A stretch of 63,850 nt of DNA, counting the filler, from Octopus bimaculoides (taxonomy: Eukaryota): the NCBI RefSeq assembly GCF_001194135.2. It is 7 parts of 7 records of this genome, joined end to end, with 100 filler letters (N's around TTAATTAATTAA, not from the genome) between each part and the next. Parts side by side here need not be neighbours in the genome. Positions count along the whole stretch, not along the records: positions 45,600 to 52,087 come from NW_026403151.1; positions 52,188 to 60,866 come from NC_069007.1; positions 60,967 to 62,663 come from NW_026370805.1; positions 62,764 to 63,850 come from NC_068985.1; 3 more parts are not named here. One strand, written 5' to 3'. A program made the position numbers and the translations under genes. The notes beneath the pieces are model-generated. The model was not told the DNA's origin. It ran no database searches and worked only from the letters and a program-made list of their open reading frames with translations. This document shows positions 50,930 to 63,107 of the stretch, piece after piece; position 1 is the first letter of the stretch, and each line of letters opens with the position of its first letter.

Positions 50930-51083
50930 TATATCACGTTGGTATGGTTTCCCTCCGGTGTGAACATGTCTAAAAATGATGGCTTAGTCGTAACATAGTG
51001 TATCTGGACTTCTTGTAGAATGGTCTTTCTAGAGAGACCTCCAATAGTGTTCTATTAAATCGAATATGTCCTCATGGAGATGC

Positions 51084-51520
51084 TGTAAACGCAACGTGCA
51101 ATAACACATGGTTCCAGTTGCCATTTTAGAATTTTCATCCACGCATGTGCAGGGATTTAGAGACTCCCGGAAGACCTGCCGAAAGCCCCTTATGCGCATG
51201 CGCAGTCATCAGCGTCTGCTAGGCTTGGCCGCTGTTCGTTCTCTTCGTCCCTGCTGTGGACTGAGACACGCCCATCTTCACAAGCTATCCTTGTAGCTGG
51301 AATACTGAAGGCCCCACACGACGTTGGCTAACCTGTGAAGAATAGCTTTCACATCTGTGATTAAACCGACTCTGTTGCTTCTACACCAAGGCGACCTTGC
51401 TACTGATTGTAACGCTTGTACAGACGAAAAATAAATATTGTTATTTGTGCAGACGAAAAGTAAATATTGTTATTTGTTCGGCTATTTTCCTTCCACGTTT
51501 ATGTAAGGAATTGGGTGACA
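51084..51520. promoter_or_regulatory. CpG-retaining island with NRF1-type palindrome and ETS motif (promoter or LTR remnant)
   Basis: TGCGCATGCGCA at about 51192-51203, CCGGAAG at about 51167; TGT...ACA ends but no matching TSD. Confidence 0.3.
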
Positions 51521-51649
51521 CCCATCCAGTGCCAATCTCACTTCCAACAAATGCATTTGTCAGTGAGCACTTTATTGTTTCTTTCACCCTCTGCACTGTT
51601 AATCAACATGGTTTGTAAACTACCAATATAATTGTCATGTTCATACTTT

Positions 51650-51922
51650 GGTCAAACTAAAGCGTTTGACCCAAGCTCAAAAACGAAAATAAATTAGTGT
51701 AATAGCTTGCTCTGAACGAATATGAAAAAAAAAAAATGCGTGCTCGCGAACGGAGGGGTGGGGAGAGGACATTCAGGATGTGAATGTTCCGAACCCTCTC
51801 CCCTCCCCCTTTTCGCGAGCGCGCGTTTTTTCTTTCATATTCGTTCAGAGCAAGTTGTTTTACACCTATTACACTCATTTTCTTTCGTTTTTTGAGCTCA
51901 GGTCAAAAGCTTTAGTTTGACC
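51650..51922. mobile_element. GG...CC foldback MITE with 8-bp TSD
   Basis: Arms from ggtcaaactaaagc to gctttagtttgacc; flanks CATACTTT / CATATTTT. Confidence 0.65.
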
Positions 51923-52234
51923 CATATTTTGCTCTCCTGTCTCTGAAAATCCCTGAAAATTTCAAATCCAAAAATATTTCAAAAGCATCAAAACCTGTTC
52001 CACTGTCAAAACAGAAGCCGACTTCTTTGGTGGCTGGCTGGTCAGGTCCCAAAAACTTTAACAACTTAAATAGCCAAAGACAGTGAANNNNNNNNNNNNN
52101 NNNNNNNNNNNNNNNNNNNNNNNNNNNNNNNTTAATTAATTAANNNNNNNNNNNNNNNNNNNNNNNNNNNNNNNNNNNNNNNNNNNNGTTAACAACCCCA
52201 CCATTTACTGACTTTATATATATATATATTACTC

Positions 52235-52282
<48 letters not shown>

Positions 52283-52304
52283 CATACATACATGTATATA
52301 TATG

Positions 52305-52975
52305 GTGAGGTAATAGTTATCCCTGCTTAACTGTGGATGTTCTGTTAGAACAAACTATACTGCGGTAGATACCACGAGAGAAACCCTCATATTGGTTTTT
52401 GGTGCAATTGCATTCTTATTTATATTGCTAGTGGGGAGATAAATCCCCACTGCCTCTTACACCAAGACCACCAGATCATGTGATCTTGATCTTCCTTGGT
52501 CTCGTCAATGATGGATGCTCAACTGCTAGAGATAGCAGCAATATGTAGTACACCAGTGCCAGAACAGGCGCTGGCGTTGTGATTAGCCTGTTAGCTTGTT
52601 AAAAAATATATTAGCAACAGAGGCAGTATTAATACCGAGAGGAAATATTTATTCCCACTTAAACATGGATGGTCTGTTAGAACAAACCATTCTGCAGCAG
52701 ATACCATGAGAGGACTCTCATTATTGGCTTTTGGTGCAAAATGCAGGATTGTTTCTATCACCAGTGGTGGGAATAATTCCCTGCTAATTTCAACACCAAG
52801 ACCACCAGGTCACATGGTTTCAACTTTGTTTGGTCTTGTTAATGATGGACACTTGAGTCCTAGAGACAGCAGCAATTCATCTCCTCACCAGTGATATATA
52901 GATTGACAGTGTCAGAATAAGTGCTGGTGTCATGATTAGCCAATTGGCTTGTTAAAGAATATATATTACTAGCAG
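52305..52975. repeat. Diverged tandem duplication of a roughly 330-bp unit
   Basis: tctgttagaacaaac, caccaagaccaccag and cttgttaaa anchors repeated about 325 bp apart. Confidence 0.75.
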
Positions 52976-54065
52976 AGAACGGAAGAAACAAGTTTAGTGC
53001 CCAAAAAAGATGACTACACTGCTCTGCTTCAACTCATTTAAAAAATAATGAAGAATTTGGTAAAAAAAAACTTTGCTATCATTAAGCTGATTTTTGGAAT
53101 ATATATTAGCATAGAATTTTGATGGAGAGATGTAGCATGGAATTTTGTCAGTGAACAGGTCGCGGTCTCAAAACGACGAAAATATTTTGGCAAATTAAAT
53201 TTAAATGTTGAAGTGAATCTAACGGTTTTTGTGTGTTTTTAAATGGCTTATAAACACCTTCCATGCTGCAGTTGTTTTACTTTAGATTGTGATAAAACAA
53301 GAAGTTTCTATCATAGAACCAGAGATGGTTTTAGGCAGATTGGAACCAAAATGATTTACTCCTGTTACCATATTTCCGTTGAAATCCACTGCTTTTGTTT
53401 CAGTTCATTATGAAACTAAAAAAATTTGGTAAAATAACTGTCATTATTAAATCATTGTTAAGAATATATATTAGCATGGAATTTTGATGGAAGATTTTTA
53501 GATCATTTTAAAGTGGGAAGTTTCTATCAAAGAACCAAAGATGGTTTTAGAGAGATTGGCATCNNNNNNNNNNNNNNNNNNNNNNNNNNNNNNNNNNNNN
53601 NNNNNNNNNNNNNNNNNNNNNNNNNNNNNNNNNNNNNNNNNNNNNNNNNNNNNNNNNNNNNNNNNNNNNNNNNNNNNNNNNNNNNNNNNNNNNNNNNNNN
53701 NNNNNNNNNNNNNNNNNNNNNNNNNNNNNNNNNNNNNNNNNNNNNNNNNNNNNNNNNNNNNNNNNNNNNNNNNNNNNNNNNNNNNNNNNNNNNNNNNNNN
53801 NNNNNNNNNNNNNNNNNNNNNNNNNNNNNNNNNNNNNNNNNNNNNNNNNNNNNNNNNNNNNNNNNNNNNNNNNNNNNNNNNNNNNNNNNNNNNNNNNNNN
53901 NNNNNNNNNNNNNNNNNNNNNNNNNNNNNNNNNNNNNNNNNNNNNNNNNNNNNNNNNNNNNNNNNNNNNNNNNNNNNNNNNNNNNNNNNNNNNNNNNNNN
54001 NNNNNNNNNNNNNNNNNNNNNNNNNNNNNNNNNNNNNNNNNNNNNNNNNNNAGAAGACCAGCAAT

Positions 54066-54243
54066 TTTAGGAGTGGGGTAAGTCGATTACATCAACCCCA
54101 GTACTTAACTGGTACTTTTTTTATCAACCCTGAAAGAATGGAAGGTGAAGTCGACCTTGGTGGATATTGAACCCAGGACATAAAGATGGATGAAATGCCA
54201 TTAAGCATTTATCCCTGCACACTAACAGCTCTGACAGCTTGCC
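54066..54243 (-). mobile_element. SINE family A, degenerate
   Basis: aagtcgattacatcaaccccagt...gaaggtgaagtcgaccttggtgga. Confidence 0.7.
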
Positions 54244-54449
54244 ATCATACTGTTGTGTTCGGCGTTAATAATACAAAAAAAAAAGAAAAAAAAAAAAGAG
54301 ACATCCTGTAATGTAGTCCGAGATAGACTGTGATTGAAAATAAAACAATTTGATCACAGCTTGAACCTGTTTCTGAGCAGAATAACAAGAACAACAGGAG
54401 CAAAGGATAGCAAAGTAAAAGATGAATAAAATACCAACAAAGACGGCTG

Positions 54450-54584
54450 CTCTACATGGCCATTTGATCTGCTAGAAAGAGCAGTTAAATATCCCTCAAA
54501 TCACACCCCTTTCATCATCTTTAAAAAGAAATCGGATATTGCAGTCTTAGATACATTGGATCACAAAATAAGTCACGATGGTCA
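54450..54584 (+). mobile_element. Repeat family D (ctagaaatagcagttaaatctccctcaaa), target of the Gypsy insertion; continues at 58219
   Basis: Matches the intact copy at about 58290-58490; GTCA duplicated on both sides of the Gypsy. Confidence 0.6.
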
Positions 54585-57500
54585 TGTTGTAATGTTACAA
54601 AACTAAATGTACTTCGAAGTAGTTGTATGCTGTCAACTTAATGTGACAGTTCCCTGAAGGGAATAATACTACTGTTGGTTAGACCTAGGAAGCTGCACCG
54701 CTTCCTGTCGGCCTTGACACATTTCCTGGGTCTTTATGTTTACAAGGGGGAGACAAGCACCTCCACTTAGCTAAGCCTGCATCCAAAGACATGTTTCTGA
54801 GTCTTTGCTCGTCATCAGCCTTGTAAACATAAGGACACAGGAAATGTGTCAAGGCCGACAGGAAGTGGTACAACTTCCTAAGGCTAACCAACAGTAGTAT
54901 TATTCCCTTCAGGGGACTGTCACATTAAGTTAACAGCATACAACTACTTCATAAATCTCAGAGATTTAGAAATGTATTATTTCTAAATGTACTTTGTTTC
55001 GCATTGTTAAATATGCTGTTGCGGATAAAAGGCGGCCAGCTCGGTGGCTGGGGGTAACGACATATGAACAGATAACCAACCACTCTGCCTGCATGGTACA
55101 ATATGGCGACAGCAGTAAAACAAGATAAATATACTGAATCGAAAATAATTGGATTAGCAGCACATTATTATCATTAGACATTGCTCAATGCTATCAATGT
55201 CCCATTATCATCACTGGATGCGACATGACACAAAAGAACAAGAAGAACATGGATACACGGTGACAAACTGCAGGAATACACATGTTTAGCTGGAGGTATG
55301 GCTACAAATTTATATACAAAACTCTTGTTATCTTATCGGTTACAATGTGCATGTTGTGCCACAGAAAATAACCGAATCACTAGGTGTTGTATTGCACAAG
55401 AAAAACAACAATATGGTGACATCTCGCATTCCTGAAATGCAGTGACACACAGACAACGCAGCTGAAGCTCTGCAAATATTCAAACGAAACAGCATGTATT
55501 ATTGTGAAGATAAGGAAGTTACAGAACCAAGGAAAAGAACATTAAAAATATTGAGAGGCATTGGAAAAAGTAAAGGAATCTGGATTGGTATTCAACTCAG
55601 ACAAATACCACATTTGTCAACCCGAAATCTGTTTGGAAATATTTATTCCAAAGATGGCATCAGGCCAGACTCAGCAAAAGTTCGTAACATTCGAAATACG
55701 CCTGTTCCAGAAAACAAAGAAGAGCTATAAAAATGTATGGGAATGATGAATTACCTTGCAACATTGATTCCAAACTTCAGTATGGAAGCATGACCATTAA
55801 GGGACCTCCTCAAGAAAAATATACCATTTGAGATGTCTGAAGACCACATACACTGTTTTGGAAAACTCAAATCGACCATTTCAGAGAAATCAAACCTCAG
55901 GTTCTTTGACCCAAAGAAATCAACAAGACTCGAGGCAGCTCGTTGAAAGGACTCGGAGCATCTATCATACAAGATGGCAAACCTGTGGCATTTGTATCGA
56001 AAGCTCTTGATAGAACTCAGTCAAACTACCCAAACATCTATTATGAAATGCTGGCTGTGGTATTCGGAATCACCTATTTCCACACATACCTTTACAGACA
56101 TCCATTTGAAGTCATTACAGACCACAAACCCCTGGAGGTGATCACAGAAAAACACCAAGTACCACCCCGACTACAAAGGATGCTCCAGAAAATTCAGGGT
56201 TACAATTTCAAAATCAAATACCACCCTGTGCATGTCATGACATTAGACGATGCCCTCTCTCGCCTCCCAAGCCGTGAAGACAATGACCTTGACTTGAGAG
56301 TGGATGGGATCAAATTGACTGCAGGAGAAATTCATCAATCTGAATTTGACAGTGTCAATTTTTCCAACAATAAACGTTACCAACTGTCTGAGTTCATCAG
56401 CAGAGATTCTACTTTGGCTACATTGATGGAAGCAATCACCTATGGGTGGCCAGACAGCATCAAACAAGCCCCAGATGATATAAGGTCATACTGGTCTTTT
56501 CGAGATGAATTGGCTGTAGAAGATGGACTCCTCTTCAAAGGGACACAAGTGTTGATACTTCCTCCTCTGCAACATGACGTTCTAGTACAGCTCCATGCCT
56601 CTCATCAAGGAATAGAAAAGACCAAACTTCATAATCGTCAAGGCGTCTATTTGACAAACATCAACAAAGATATTGAAGAAATGGACAGATCCTGTCAAAT
56701 ATGCCAAGAATTCATAACTGCTAACAACAACAAACCATTGATACCTCATGACATTCCCAGTGCACCATGGGAAAAACTAGGAACAGATCGATTTGAAATC
56801 AATGGCAAAACTTATCTGCTCGTTTGTGACTACTTCTGTGATTTGCTTAAAGAAAAGGGGGGGATGTTGTAATGATACGAAACTAAATGTACTTTGTTTC
56901 ACATTGTTAAATATGTTGTCGTGGATAAAAGGCGGCTAGCTCAGTGGCTGGGGTCATGTCTCGAACATCTTTGATCATAACGCCTCTGAATCAGAACAAA
57001 TACAAAAAAAAAATAATTCAATTTACGAGAAATAGGAGTTAAATCTCCATCAAATCTTCAAATTTCCGATTGTGACTCACCTCAGCCAAACCACAAGCAA
57101 AGCAGTCACAGAGGAATTCAGAAAGACCGTCTCTCTCTCTCTTCGGCAGACCTGATGAAATTTTCAGCAACAGTGGTCCTCAATATACCGGAAAACCATT
57201 TCAACAATTCATACAGAAATAGGGAATTCAACACACTACATGATCACCAAGGTATCCCCAATCAAACGGATTCATAGGGAGATAAGTACAGACAGTCAAA
57301 AAGACATTCCAAAAATGTGAACAAAGCAAAGAAGACATAAACAATGCATTGTTGAATCTAAGAGCCACACCATTAAACTCAAAGATGCTGTCACCCTCTG
57401 AGATCCAATTGGGCAGACCGATCACAACACTTGTGCCATCCATACTGGAGTTACTCTCATGAAATCCAAAGACAGAGAAAGCTTCTTGAAGAAAAGAAAA

Positions 57501-58218
57501 TACAAATGAAAACTGCATATGACCAAAACGCAAAGAGGGAATTACCTCCATTGCACAAAGGATAAGCTATACGAGTTCTTGACAAAAACAACAAATGTTG
57601 GATACCTGGAGAAATAGCAAGACAATGGTAAAGAACAGAGTTCTTACATTGTGGAAACAATACATGGAGACTTGCGGAGAAACAGAGATACTGGCATAGG
57701 CAGACCACTCAGACAGAAACGCCTGCCAGGTCACCCAACAACATAGAGACAGACAACCGTCAAACAGACCTTACAAACTCCAGGAAATGAGTTCCAGACC
57801 CTACAAACCCCATGGAACATGCTACTCAACTTGACTCAAGGAAAGAAATCACCAATGCTCCTCCTGATATCAATGCAGAAACACAAAATATTGGCCAGAC
57901 ACATGAGAAGTGCTCAACGCTAACCCCCAAAAGAATCACAAGATCAGGCAGAACAGTAAAAATACCAACGCACTTAAAAAAACTTTGTACCATAAAACTA
58001 TTCTTGTTATTCGAAGTGCATGTTGCATATTGCTCTTGAAAACAAAATGTTTTTTTTTCCTTCTTTGGGAGAGAATAAATCCTATTTTCATTTGTTGGTT
58101 TTAGTCTGAATTGCTTAAAGAAAAGGAGGATGTTGTAATGATACGAAACTAAATGTACTTTGTTTCACATTGTTAAATATGTTGTCATGGATAAACGGTG
58201 GTCAGCTCGGTGGCTGGG
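54585..58218 (+). mobile_element. Internally deleted Gypsy element with short LTRs, PPT and GTCA TSD
   Basis: RT/RNase H/integrase remnants (EMLAVVFG, TDHKPL, DDALSR, HQGIEKT, SPRYPQSNG); LTR copies start 54585, 56865 and 58131; PPT AAAGAAAAGGAGGA at 58117-58130. Confidence 0.85.
54615..54982. mobile_element. Foldback insertion in the Gypsy 5' LTR with 12-bp TSD
   Basis: 132-bp arms (54616-54747 / 54819-54950, about 9 mismatches); CTAAATGTACTT at 54603-54614 and 54983-54994. Confidence 0.75.
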
Positions 58219-58359
58219 GTCATATCTCGAACATCTTTGATCATAATGCCTCTGAATCAGAACAAATACAAAAAAAAAAAATAATTCAATTTACTAGAAA
58301 TAGCAGTTAAATCTCCCTCAAACCACCCAAACACATTGCCTAATGTAGTCCTAGACAAC

Positions 58360-58459
58360 TGTTTCTTAAACGAAGACAGAATGGTCATGTCTGGAATATC
58401 TATGATCATTGTTTCTTAAACGAAGACAGAATGGTCATGTCTGGAATATCTATGATCAT
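58360..58459. repeat. Perfect 50-bp tandem duplication
   Basis: tgtttcttaaacgaagacagaatggtcatgtctggaatatctatgatcat twice. Confidence 0.9.
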
Positions 58460-60684
58460 AAGTATGCTGGATTAGGGCAACAACCATGCCCCTACATGGT
58501 CACCACTCACTCACCACCATTGTAGCAGATTGAGATTTTGTAGGGCCCTTGGTTAAATTTAATAAGGAAAAAAAAAAGAGTTTCACTTAATCTTTGGGGG
58601 GTTCTGTGTTGCAGCCCCTAAAACCCGTCTTAATCTGGCCCTGACAACTATATACTTTAAATGAAGCACCAGAGAAGCCTCACATGTTATTGAAAAGTTT
58701 AGGTGCAGCAGAAATATTCTATACTTCACTCTGTTCAATAATGCTGAAAAAGTGAGTTGACTATATTTCATTGCGTAATAGAGCCTTTCAGCTTACTGAA
58801 ACACATGCTTTATATAAAGCATAAAATACCAGTAATGTTTTCTGTGTTCCTTTTTCTATATAAATTTATATAATAGAGGTTAGAAGACAATGAATTCATT
58901 TAGCACATTTTGATTATTAGTTACAATAATTAGGATATCGTAAATTCATTCTTTGTTGTAGAATGTTACTTTTTGTAAGATTCACAAATACACTGATTTT
59001 ATCAGTGGTGTACCAGGAGTGGAAATACACTAATTTTGTACCCTACCAGGACCATAATATATAAACAAACTTTAGGTCAGTTCATATATATTTGTGATAT
59101 ACTTTGACTGCAGTTTACTGGTGAGAAAAATTTTCATTTATGGTAAAAAAAAAGTCTAAAAACATCTGCTCATTGTTAATCTGTAGTGGACTCCTAGATG
59201 TATTTCTAGCTTCCTAACCTTCATCAGTAGGAGATACCGAAGGGAGATAACTGTGAATAGATTATAAAGCCATGCTCACAGACTGTCTGGTTAGAACAAA
59301 TACAGTAGTAGTCCTATTAAGAAGAGCTGTGGCTTTATGATCTGCCCAGGGTTGTGTCTCTTTGGTATCTCCTACTGAGGAAGGATAAAGAACTAGAAAT
59401 GCATCTCGGAGTCTGCTAGAAGGAAACACTGACCAGATAAGATGTTTTTACACTTTATACCATAAGCAATAAATTTTCTCCATGATAAACTAGAGAGAAA
59501 ATGCCATTAGAAGTTAAAATATATCTGAAACATATTTGAACTAACCTGAAGTTTGTTATTTCTCATCACTGCTACTACTGTGTGTGTAGAATAAATAAAC
59601 TGTTAAGACATTTAATAAAACAAGGGTAGAGATATGGTAAATTGGCTGAAACTTAATTGCTGTTCAGGTGGGAGACTTGAAATTTTAAATAAGCATGGAG
59701 TAGTATCTAGTCTTCAACTTATCAAATATTTGGAATGTTTATGATTGAAGTTATTAGCTTACTTCGTCACCAATATTGTCTGAGACAATTGAGGAAGTGG
59801 AAATTACTTACTACGTCATCTATAATTAATCTTTTAAGTTCTGGAAGTGATTTGAAAAAAAAAAAAAAACCAATTGTTAAAACTTTGTGCAGATTTATTA
59901 TCTTTTAAACAGTTCTAATTTAGCTTTAATCATAGCAAAGTATTATAAAAATAGTTAATTACAAGTATACTTTTATCAGTTCCTATTTATTAATTTATTG
60001 TTCTCATTAGTTACTGGTAAATTTACATTATAGTTTGTAAGAGTAATATATATTAAGAGTATGTAGTGTTTTCATTATTAACTTTTTAATTATGAAATAA
60101 TGTATTTCACTCATCATTATTATATTATTCATTAAATTTAATTGTGTTTTTGTTTTGGAGAGAAATGAAATAAAGCTTTCACTTTCTGTTATAGTAGAAA
60201 CTATGGAAGACTGGTAGGATTATTATTTGTATGGACTTAAAGATTGGTCACTATTTAGTATATAATTTAGTTATTGTAGGTTTACTATTAATACCGATAC
60301 AGATGTACATAGATTTATGTATTTCCTTGTAGTTGAATTTTAAAGTTAGTGTTTAATCCTGCCTATATTTAGATTGAATATTGTTGTACATAGGGTAAAT
60401 GTGTTTGAAAGTTGTGTTTTGTCTTTTGGTGTGTTTGTTCCCAAACAGTACTTCTTTTACTGCATTCAACACCACCATATTGAATGGTACTGCCCAGGTG
60501 TCGAAACCATAATGATATCCAATGTGGCAGCTGAAGATGGAGGTATGTTGGATTGCTGGTATGGCTGTTTTTATATATGGGGATTAGTGTTATAACATGT
60601 CCTTTTGATATATATCACACACACGTGTGCGTATACATATATCTCACACACGTATGTGTATATATATACATACATATATTCATT

Positions 60685-60810
60685 TTTTCTTTTGTTTGTC
60701 ATTTGATTGCGGCCATGCTGGAACACTGCCTTTATTCGAGCAAATCGACCCCAGGACGTAAACATACCAGCATCGGTTGTTAAGCAATGTTGGTGGGGAC
60801 AAACATACAC
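60685..60810 (-). mobile_element. SINE family B, 3' fragment
   Basis: tgcggccatgctggaacactgcctt...gagcaaatcgaccccaggac. Confidence 0.65.
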
Positions 60811-60812
60811 AT

Positions 60813-60844
<32 letters not shown>

Positions 60845-60966
60845 CATATATATATATATATATATANNNNNNNNNNNNNNNNNNNNNNNNNNNNNNNNNN
60901 NNNNNNNNNNTTAATTAATTAANNNNNNNNNNNNNNNNNNNNNNNNNNNNNNNNNNNNNNNNNNNN

Positions 60967-61265
60967 CCCACCCTCCATATTCATCAGATATTGCTCCTTC
61001 AGATTTCCACTTATTCAGGTCTCTGCAGAATAGTCTTAATGGTAAAAATTTCAATTCCTTGGATGACGTAAAAAGGATACCTTGATGAATTCTTTGCCAT
61101 GAAACCATCTCGATTCTGGGAAGAGGGTATTTTCAAGTTAAAGGAAAGATGGAGATGCATTGTGCAACAAAATGGTTCATATTTGGTTGATTAAAAATGG
61201 AATGACAAGTATTTATTGACCTTTTTCTTTCCTTTAAAAATCGGCATGAACTTTCCGGACAACCC
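60967..61265 (+). mobile_element. Mariner transposase C-terminal fragment plus TIR
   Basis: HPPYSSDIAPSDFHLFRSLQ...FWEEGIFKLKERWRCIVQQNGSY. Confidence 0.85.
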
Positions 61266-61897
61266 AAGAGTATATATATATATATATATATATATTTAAA
61301 ATACTTGGTTTCAATTCCTGGACCAGGTGATGTGTTGTGTTCTTGAGCAAAACACTTCATTTCATGTTGCTCCAGTTCACTCAGCTGGCAATAACGAGTA
61401 ATCCTGTGGAGGACTAGCATCCCATCCAGGGAGGAATTTATACGCCAGGGAGACCGGAAAAACAGGCTCTATGCTCCTTGTGAATAAATGTGGACTAACT
61501 AAAACAAACTGGCAATGGTTGTCAAGCGATGGGGACACAAATACATAACCACCACAAACCACAGACATACACATATTATGTACGGTCTTCTACAGAGACT
61601 AACAGAATTGTTGTCGTCATTGTCATCATCATCTTCATCATCATTAGGGCAAAATGAAGAAATCATTAAAACACAGAACAGAATAATTACATTATCTACT
61701 TTGGTTCTTTATGCTGTTTTGTCTTCAGACAATCACCATCAGATGAAGATATAAAAAGCAGTCGATCAATGGTTATTTAGAAATACAAGAGTAACAATAA
61801 AAATAATCATTGGTTTCTCAACTGAAATTCTTTCTTTGACACACAGCTATAGTCTAGACTCCTCATTATTATTATTATTATTATTATTAATCACTAG

Positions 61898-61928
<31 letters not shown>

Positions 61929-61942
61929 CTTCNNNNNNNNNN

Positions 61943-62109
61943 AAACTTGACTCTAAAACCACATCAAATATTCATACAGCACCAGGAGAGAAAACAAAGA
62001 GACAAAATAAACTAGCAAAAAATTATTGGATAGTTTTGCTAGTTTATTTTGTCTCTGTCTTCTCTCCTGGTGCTGTATGAATACTTGATGTGGTTTTAGA
62101 GTCAAGTTT
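61943..62109. repeat. Near-perfect hairpin (about 77-bp arms, 13-nt loop)
   Basis: aaacttgactctaaaaccacatc...actagcaaaa and its reverse complement; left end abuts a 10-N gap. Confidence 0.85.
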
Positions 62110-62324
62110 TGACTGCTATATCTAGCATGATGTTATCTATTAGATACCCTTAATTATAATTTTAATAATAATTATTACCTATGAGGTTTTTATTCCCATG
62201 CTAGCCACTTGATATGATCGGTATTTTAAATAACAATCTTATCCTTATTTATATAAATTTATATATATGTATATATATATATAGTCCTTAATATATATTA
62301 TTATACATCACATTTTCATCTGTC

Positions 62325-62663
62325 ATTCGCCTTATAAACGGAATGAAAATGTGCCTTTTTTAAAGCAAATTGTGACAGGTGATGAGAAATGAATTATCTA
62401 CCGAAATGTTCAGAGAAAGCGATCCTGGAGTAAGCGACATGAACCACCCTTAGCCACCCCAAAAGCGAGTCTTCACCCTAAAAAAATCTTGCTTTGTGTC
62501 TGGTGGGATTGGAAAGAAATTCTGTACTAAGAGCTTCTCCCAAGTAACCAGACAATTAATTCTGAGAAATACTGCACACAATTGGACGAGTTAAAAGCAG
62601 CAATTCAAGAGAAACATCCAGAATTGGCCAACAGGAAGGGTGTTGTTTTCCAACATGATAATG
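62325..62663 (+). mobile_element. Mariner transposase catalytic-domain fragment
   Basis: FLKQIVTGDEK, LHPKKILLCVWWDWK, GVVFQHDN; cut by a gap. Confidence 0.85.
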
Positions 62664-63068
62664 NNNNNNNNNNNNNNNNNNNNNNNNNNNNNNNNNNNNN
62701 NNNNNNNTTAATTAATTAANNNNNNNNNNNNNNNNNNNNNNNNNNNNNNNNNNNNNNNNNNNNCTCAACCATAGTTTTACTTCGGGGCCCTTTTGATTCC
62801 AATTTTACTCGGAAGGACTCATACAGCCATTCAATGTTTAAAAAAAATCATATTATATTCTTGTTTAACTAAAACTTTTTGAGAGAGAGCTCCAGCATGG
62901 CCGCAGTTCAGTGGCTAAATCAAGTGAAAGATAAATGATAAGAGTTGCAAGTAAAAGTACCGGACGAGATTATTTCCTTCCCGTCCTTAGTTGAAATCCG
63001 CGCCAGGGATCTAATTGGTCCTCCTTTCCTTCCGGGGGGATGAACTAACGGTATAGCCCTACCCCATC

Positions 63069-63107
<39 letters not shown>

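Larger units (their letters stand above)
49640..50975 (-). pseudogene. Fragmented C2H2 zinc-finger pseudogene (ZNF-D)
   Basis: RHVHTGGKPYQRDI|CGKRFSV split by a MITE and a SINE; ORF 50047-50283 GEKPYHCNICGK...[14 protein letters not shown]; Zn ligands degenerate. Confidence 0.85.

Noticed and set aside
60967-62663. Mariner C-terminal part lying upstream of a catalytic part as a possible rearranged single element
   Set aside because: Both pieces abut gaps; independent copies or contig ordering explain it equally well.
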